A stretch of DNA of 64,000 nucleotides from Elsinoe ampelina (taxonomy: Eukaryota): contig ML992507.1 of NCBI GenBank assembly GCA_010093995.1, forward strand, positions 1,175,868 to 1,239,867. Reading direction: 5' to 3'. Within the stretch, counting starts at the first letter, position 1; every line of letters starts with the position of its first letter. The translations under genes were made by a program, and so were the position numbers. The notes under the pieces were generated by a model. That model searched no databases. It was not told the origin of the DNA and worked only from the letters and a program-made list of their open reading frames with translations. Shown here piece by piece: positions 57,251-64,000 of this stretch.

Positions 57251-58505
57251 TTACTGGCTTGCGGCATGCGCCCAAAACAGCCTCTCTCGTGCATAGCTGA
57301 GACTGGCCGTCTCGTACTGTACTCCGCCGGGAAAGAATAGTCGCAATAGCGTCGCACCCACGTTTTTGTGAATCTTCTCTATCTCCATAAGGGCGCCCAT
57401 GACCCCACGCACTCCTTCTGTGGATACTGGCCGGAGGAACTCTTCAGCCGCTTGACGCTCTGACCAGACGGACCACGACGAACGGAGTGCTCGTTTTCGT
57501 TCGTGCTCTAGTTGATACCCACAAACGACAGGTACCGTGGGGTGCGGTCGGAACGGAAAATCATAGTCCGCGGCGGTACTAGTCGCCCATGCCAGGTAGA
57601 CGTGCTGAACCATACCTAATGAGCCGATTGAGATGAGGTACCACGTATTTTTCGGTGAGACCTGTAGCAGCGATGAGCAGGATGACCCATATCGATGTCG
57701 TTGTTGCAAGGATCCACCCGGTGTGTGGCAAGACATGCAGTCGACTTGCAGCTGTAGCTTCAAGATCGTAGACGCCGGTATAAGACAAGATCAGCATGAC
57801 ATACTGGTGGCCATTCCCGCGCGTTAAGACGATGGGTTTATGTTCATCCTTGCGTAAACGCCGGCCTGACCATTTTTCCAATTTCCACTGCGGGAGGCTG
57901 CTTGTTAGAACGGCAAGAAAAAAGCCGAGACAAGTGAGAACCACAATCGACCAGTCATGGTTGAGCATAGCAGGAATCGCCGCGATGCCATGCTGCAAAG
58001 CGATCAGAGCCCAAGAGAGCCACCAGATGAGACCGTAGCGTGGCTTCTGCAGGCCGTCATCCTCCGCAACGTAAACTTCGATCACGAGGGAGACCTTGCC
58101 AGTTGAGCCATTCGGTATCTCCCTGGGCGAGAGATGCGATTTGTCAAGTGTCGCAGGGATGTGCTCCCTATCCCGCAAGATCCGGCCAAGCATCCAGGAA
58201 TTGTTCGAACGTATGTAGCCAGTGTCGCATTTGCCTACCAGGACTTCGTTCTCTGGCTTAGGCATGAGCCGTCGATCGCCCACTGCGCTCGCAAGGGCCA
58301 CAAACGCGTATGAGACCCATCCGAATGACAGGGCAACCGGAGTGAGATTTGCATCAGTTCCTGTCAATCTGGCACCGCGGCCTGCAAGACGAGCGATAGC
58401 TTTCTGCACGACATCTCCACCAATAAGCAGCAAGAGCGAAAAGATGTCTTGGGGATTCAACCACTGCGCTGCAATGCGGTCGGCGGCCGATGGATGATCG
58501 GCCAT
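57251..58505 (-). pseudogene. Multi-pass membrane protein of an uncharacterised fungal family, split by a +1 frameshift at 57648-57652
   Basis: ORF 58505..57579 (WLNPQDIFSLLLLIGGDVVQKAIA, TPVALSFGWVSYAF, LPQWKLEKW, LTRGNGHQYV) continues in ORF 57763..57251 if one A is removed from GAAAAAT, giving ...GLTENTWYLISIGSLGMVQH and a 417-aa protein. Confidence 0.7.
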
Positions 58506-59195
58506 GCTGCAGATTAGTGTTCTGGCGGGTCGGTGATGTCTTGTTATCGATAGTGCTCAACGTCCGGTTTCGTGCTCGACTGGGTTCTGCCATCATGAGC
58601 GACCAAGAGTCCATCTATACCTACCTCGTTTCTGCTTGCTCTTGATGGGAGCAGTTCACGCTCTGAAGACATTAGCCACGATAGTGCCGGGACGTGTTTG
58701 CTAGCCAGCTTGTATGTTGATAGGGGTATCATTTGAGATCTCGCATTGCCTGATCATACAAGGATGGTGTGCTGGACAAACGCAGAGCTTGAGGTTGAAG
58801 TCAGTAGCAATCTCGCCTAGAAATGCCCATGGATGCCAGACCTCGGCTGTCCTTCCCCGCTTTTGAGCACCCCTGACCAGAGCCTCATGGTTCAGTGAAT
58901 TCCATTGATTCCCTCCTCAGTTTGTGACGCGAATACGATCTACGTGACAAGGTGACATTAACCAAACGGAGTCAAATCAGTGGTCTCTTGCATCAGGACG
59001 GAGCAGCTGGTCTGCACTGGAAACGCAAGCCGTCTCAGCACGGCCGAGCTATACGGTCCAGTTCCGTACAAAGACTCACGCAAACGGTGCAGACTGAAGC
59101 TTCACTGAGTCAACAAGTCATCTCTCGTTGCTAGTAGCAAGCAATATTCCATCTGCAATCCCCTGCGCTTCGCGATTCCACCGACCACCGCCATC

Positions 59196-60229
59196 ATGGT
59201 CCGCTCACCATCCCGATCCCGCTTCCGACCTTTCCTCATCCTAGCTCTCATCGTTCTGACTGTCATCTACCTCACCACCGGCTCCCGATCGACACAGACC
59301 TCGGAGTTCTACACCCGGACCGTCGCAGCCATGGACGCGCGCCAAAAGTCCCTCCGCGAAGGGATGCATGGGGCGCTCGACCCTGCCGCAAAAGCACAAG
59401 CGGCTGCGGAAGCCAAGGTTCGCGAGGGCGATGGAGAGATCGTGTTGCCAAAAGTCAAGGATCACGGCGATGGAAAGGGCGAGCAGTTGAGCAAGGAGAA
59501 GCCAAAGCAAAAGGTACTCACGGACGACGAAGATGAGGAAGAGGAGAAGGCGTCGACAGTGAAGAAGGCCAAGTCCAAGGCAAAGGAGGTCGCAGATGAG
59601 GTTACTGGAAACAAGAAGAAGGGGAAAAAGGTGGATGCGGATGAGGGTAACGGGCGAGACACTGACGGCGTGCATGGGCCAAAGAATAAGTCCCAGAGCA
59701 CGGCCGGCAAAAAGAAGGTGCAAGGGAAGGCGGGCGCCGATGACGGCGTAGCGAAGGTCGGCAACACGGAGAAGCACTTGAAGGAGAAGACGAAGGGCAA
59801 GGAAGAGGTAGGAGATCATGAAGCAGAGGTAGCACTGGATGGCATCTTGAAGAAGAGTCCAAGTACGTTGACCTCGACTGAAACATGGAAGACCACATAC
59901 TGACAATCCTAGTCATCATCTTCTCCAAGACTTTCTGCCCGTACTCCATGAAGGCGAAGCGGATCTTACTGCAAGGCTACAAGATCGTACCAGCCCCATA
60001 TGTCGAGGAACTGGACGAGCACGCAATGGGCGACAGACTTCAGAACGCGCTGATGAAGATGACAGGCCGCAGGACGGTACCGAATATTCTCATTAATGGC
60101 AAGAGCATTGGTGGAGGTGACGACATTCAAGAGATGGACGAGGAGAATACACTAGCGAAGAAGATACTCAGTCTTGGTGGCAAGCGGATGGTGGAAGTCA
60201 AGAAGCTCCAGCGCAAGGATGATAACTGA
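59196..60229 (+). CDS. Membrane-anchored monothiol glutaredoxin (Grx6/Grx7-like), 2 exons: 59196-59862, 59913-60229
   Basis: N-terminal anchor FLILALIVLTVIYL, Lys/Glu-rich linker, IIIFSKTFCPYS active site, TGRRTVPNILINGKSIGGGDD; 50-nt intron. Confidence 0.9.
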
Positions 60230-60495
60230 TATCATGTACTCTGATCTCTTCACTTTGGATACAGGCCATTCTTAGGGACGGTAGGATCAGGCGCAATCGG
60301 CCTCCGATACCCAGTCACATTCCCAGCATCTCGCATCTTCAAAATCAAAAACACATTTGAATATTCTCCATTGACGGACCTGCTCGCAAAAGAACCCAGT
60401 TGACTGTTGCAAGCCATCGATGTTTAGACGCCAGCCAGTCCATCTTGTCACTCATGCACTCTCTCCTCTGTCCCTCTCCCGCATCATGCACCCCT

Positions 60496-61257
60496 CTAGT
60501 CCGTCTCAATGTTCGTCCTCTCCGACACATAAAGACCATCCAAGAACTTTCGGATATCCTTGTTCCTCACCCTGCAGATCTGCTGAATATCGGCGGCCGA
60601 CTGCGACACAGCCTCGAGCGAGTTGCCAGTGATCTGGAGCTCATCCTTGACGTTCTTGGAAGCCTCAACATCGACGCCTGGCTGCATCTTGACGTTGCGG
60701 ACGAGCTTCTCGCCCAAGAAATTCCTAATCACAGCCCGTCAGGAATCGTTTCTTCAGGACAAAAGATTGCCGGGCAAAAAAAATCTTACCTGATCTCCAC
60801 GTTCCACAGATCCGTCTCCTTGTCCTTCTCAAAGTTGACGTTGATGGGGAAATGTGCGTACACGTAGCGCATCTTGTACTTGTAGCCCTTTGTGACGCCG
60901 ATGATCATGTTGTTGATGATGGAGCGGACGGTGCGGAGCGTGGCGACGGCTTTGCGCGAGCCATGGTGGAGTTCGATTGAGATGATGTTCTTCTTGGGGT
61001 GGGAGAAGGAGACTGAGAGATGGCCGAGGTTCTTGGTGAGTTTGCCTGTTGGTCAATTGGTGAGTTTGGGTGTTCCGTGTCCTTGCTCTTCTTTGGAATT
61101 CATACCTCGTGGGCCTTCTACCGTGACGATTCTTGTCTTGATGCCGACCTTGACTGGAGCGCATTGTGTTAGTCGCATGATGCGTATGCTGGGAGGATGG
61201 AGTCGTCTAACCTCCTTCTGGAATCTCCAGGGTTTGGTCCGAGTGGATGTACTTCAT
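60496..61257 (-). CDS. RPL9: 60S ribosomal protein L9 (uL6), 192 aa, 4 exons: 61257-61212, 61153-61106, 61045-60790, 60724-60496
   Basis: [61 protein letters not shown]. Exon lengths sum to 579 nt. Confidence 0.97.
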
Positions 61258-61644
61258 TTTGAATGTGCCGGAGTGATTTTGTCGCTCTGGTCGTCGTCGA
61301 TGCCGGAGATTGACTCTGTACGTCGTTTGGCTGGATGTCAAAAATTCCACATTGTGGGAGTGCGGTCGGAAGCACGGGCCGACCGATTAGACTTTGTCCG
61401 CCCCACTTTCTCATTCGTCAACCTCGAGTATTGTCAACATGGACTTCGAATTTCTACCGCATCATAATTCGAATATTCTAACATCTGCTCTCTACAAAGC
61501 GTGCAGGATCGCGACTTCGGACCTAGGGAACTAGCGGTCTCCATAATCGACTAAATAAGGCGTCGTCCATAATGGTATCAATGGCGATGCTCACACAATC
61601 TCCCTGAGGAAGTTTGAGGCTTCACGTTCCGAACGTCGTACATC

Positions 61645-64000
61645 ATGGCAAAAAATTCACCGTTCGCAAAAGATGCGGGCATCAACGGCAAAGATCGTAA
61701 AGGATCCAATTCTCTAGTAATATGCAGAAACAAGTGAGTTGTACGTCCTGCAAATTTCTGATTGTCTCCTTTTCATATTGTGGAGGATGGATCTGCATGT
61801 CGAGCATCACTCGGGTTCAACGACGCTCGAGATTATCGAGTCAGGAGTTTTCCTCAGAAGCATCGCTTCCCTTATACGATTGAATTGGACGACAAGGATT
61901 GTACTGACCCTACAAAGACACTGGAGATATATCTCTTGCTATCATGGACCATGGTTCCAGCTACCACCAGAGCTTCTCGAATCGCTGGCCCACGAAAACT
62001 TCATTATGCCACAGCCAAGACTGATCGATCCAGCCGTCTTCTTCGACATTGTCAAAATCAGGCGAGCCATCGATGAGGCTACGGAAGAGGCTGTTCGTGC
62101 GAACAGTGGCGTCAGCAATGTCGGCAATTCCTCCCGGTACGATCCGTTCGGTGGAGGTCAACAGCCTGCATCACAGATGAGTAAGGAACGCATACACCGA
62201 GTACGCCAAAAAGCCGTGAAGCTGCTTGCCAAGGCCTATGCATTGGACGAAGTGGCGGCAAGTGTGGTCACAATGTCTTCAAGCTCGTCTCTTGAAGACG
62301 TCGCCGAGCATGTGTTACGACGGGACAAGGAGGACATCGACGCTAAGTACGTGCACTTCTTCCACGAGAAGATCCCGTCAAGGATGGAGGAGCATACGCC
62401 GTTGACTCCGCTGGACGAAATCATGGCGAAGATGGCCTGGGAAGCTCAAGGTGCTCCGTTCAGGACCAGAGGCTTAGTGCGCATCATGAAGAGTGACTTA
62501 GAGCACGCAGCAGATGACTTTACATACTCGTTGAGGATTGCACAAGAGCTGAAGAAGCGACACAAGCCGGGTAACGACCAGCTCGTCCTTGCCAAAGACT
62601 TCAAGAAAGCTCAGGAACAGTGGGAGAGGAATCCAAAATCGATACCGCAACTCAAGGACGATGAGCAACCAACAAGTATGGAGCAGCAATTGTTCTTCAA
62701 TCGCGGTAACGTCTATCTTGCACTGGCTTGCGATAGCGTGCACGAGTCACTAAATGGGCTGGACGGATACATGCGAAAAATCACACCAGACCCCAAAACT
62801 GGCAACACCGAAGACCTGACGCCGAAGGAGGTTCAACAGCACTCCATCCGGCTTGAAGCTCGCAAACGAGTCAAGACGTATGCGAAGAGAGCGTGGAAGG
62901 ACTACATGTCTTTCCTGGGCTTCTTTGACTACACACCTGGCTTCCCAAATGAGGTCACCCAGGAGATTATGCAAAGGGTGTACGACATCGCCGACGGGGC
63001 TAAGTCCAATGTGAATGGTCATCACGATGATGATACTCACTCAGCCTTGAGCTCGATCCGTCGAGATGCTCTTGCGGTCAAACAATCCAGCAAGCCATCG
63101 CCATTCGATCTATCTTCTATTCCTCCACCAAAAGTGTACTCCTCGGATGCCCTATTCGCCTCTCAACCTCTTCCCGATCTACCACCTTTTCCAAGTTCCG
63201 AGCCTCCGAACAACAATCCGGCTTCTTCAATCCCTGGTGTGCGTGAAGCGCTCACGTATCACCCTCTTTTGCCCGATGCCCTGCATTCTCTTCTTCTCAC
63301 GCACTGCCTCCTACAGACGTCCCCAACCGAATTGCAACGCCATGCTCACTCCGCCGCTCGCCTCTCCCGCATAGCTGACGGCTATCCTATCTTTCAACCC
63401 CCGCGCTCTCCAGCCCGCGCCGACTGGATCGAGATTCTCCGCAAATGCAACAATTGGATCAAGCTCCCCATGGGCTGGGCAGAAATGTGCCGTCCAGTCT
63501 CCGCCGCCGCCAGCACCAAACCCAATACCAACGGCACGGTAGCCAGGAACGGCCAGTCAGCTTCAAAGCCTACGGAGACCGACAAAGAACGTAAGAATCG
63601 GATCCGTCAACAGGCCATCGCCGACGCCATGGGCGACGAGCGTGTAGTCGACGAAGAAACCTTCCATCAATCCGTGTCTGCTCGCGAGAAACGTGCAGAG
63701 GAAGATGAAGAGCGTGACAAGCGCCTCTTCACCCCTGTAACTCCGGGGGATAAGCTTCTCCAAAACGGTGCCGCAGCTGTTGGCAAGGCAGAAGCGCGAG
63801 AGCGATTGAAGGATGAGAAGTTGAAGCGCTGGGCGGAGGATGAGGCGTTGAAGGAGTACCCCGTCACTACAGAACGTGTGGAGGCGATCAGTAGGTGGGT
63901 CAGAGAGGCGCCCGGGGTCATGCCTGGTGCCCCGACGAGAAAGAAGAAGAAGGCTGCGGGAAAGAGGAAGAAGAAAGAGGGTGTGCTGGAAGGGATGGAG
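61645..64000 (+). CDS. Conserved fungal protein with TPR-like helices, truncated by the window end; exons 61645-61733, 61918->64000
   Basis: Absent from the ORF track because there is no stop in the window. Spliced reading: MAKNSP...LVICRN|KHWRYISCYHGPWFQLPPELL...IDPAVFFDIVKIR...AKYVHFFHEKIPSR...QLFFNRGNVYLALA...TYHPLLPDALHSLLL. The 184-nt intron has GTGAGT, CTGAC and an AAG acceptor. Confidence 0.8.

Noticed and set aside
1..64000. tRNA, rRNA, snoRNA, transposons, CRISPR or prokaryotic defence systems
   Set aside because: No such signature seen by eye and the DNA is intron-containing fungal euchromatin. Small ncRNAs cannot be excluded without tRNAscan-SE or Infernal.

Overview
Gene-dense eukaryotic DNA from a filamentous ascomycete (Pezizomycotina; Dothideomycetes-like by my reading of the proteins, not verified). 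Introns are short (mostly 44-60 nt) GT-AG with CTRAC/CTRAY branch sites. I reconstructed about 25 protein-coding loci by hand. Most are housekeeping or regulatory genes: tRNA ligase Trl1, an ankyrin protein, Npr3, Dna2, a mitochondrial oxodicarboxylate carrier, a ferroportin-family exporter, a WHIM/PHD chromatin protein, Med16, an Hst4-type sirtuin, an Egt2-like PLP enzyme, an alpha/beta hydrolase, beta-tubulin, a LIM protein, a ~2000-aa coiled-coil protein, two head-to-head Zn2Cys6 factors, a glutaredoxin, RPL9 and a TPR-like protein that runs off the window end. I saw no rRNA, tRNA, CRISPR array or recognisable transposon. The most unusual signals are: (1) about ten 0.4-1.3 kb islands that always run C-rich then G-rich, override codon choice and lie mostly at gene 3' ends; (2) a divergent pair of similar Zn2Cys6 regulators with a palindrome/CCAAT cluster between them and an in-frame uORF on one; (3) a small, apparently decaying accessory island at 56-58.5 kb with a clear +1 frameshift; (4) MCB-like boxes in front of DNA2 and HST4. 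All family assignments come from motif recognition, not from database searches.
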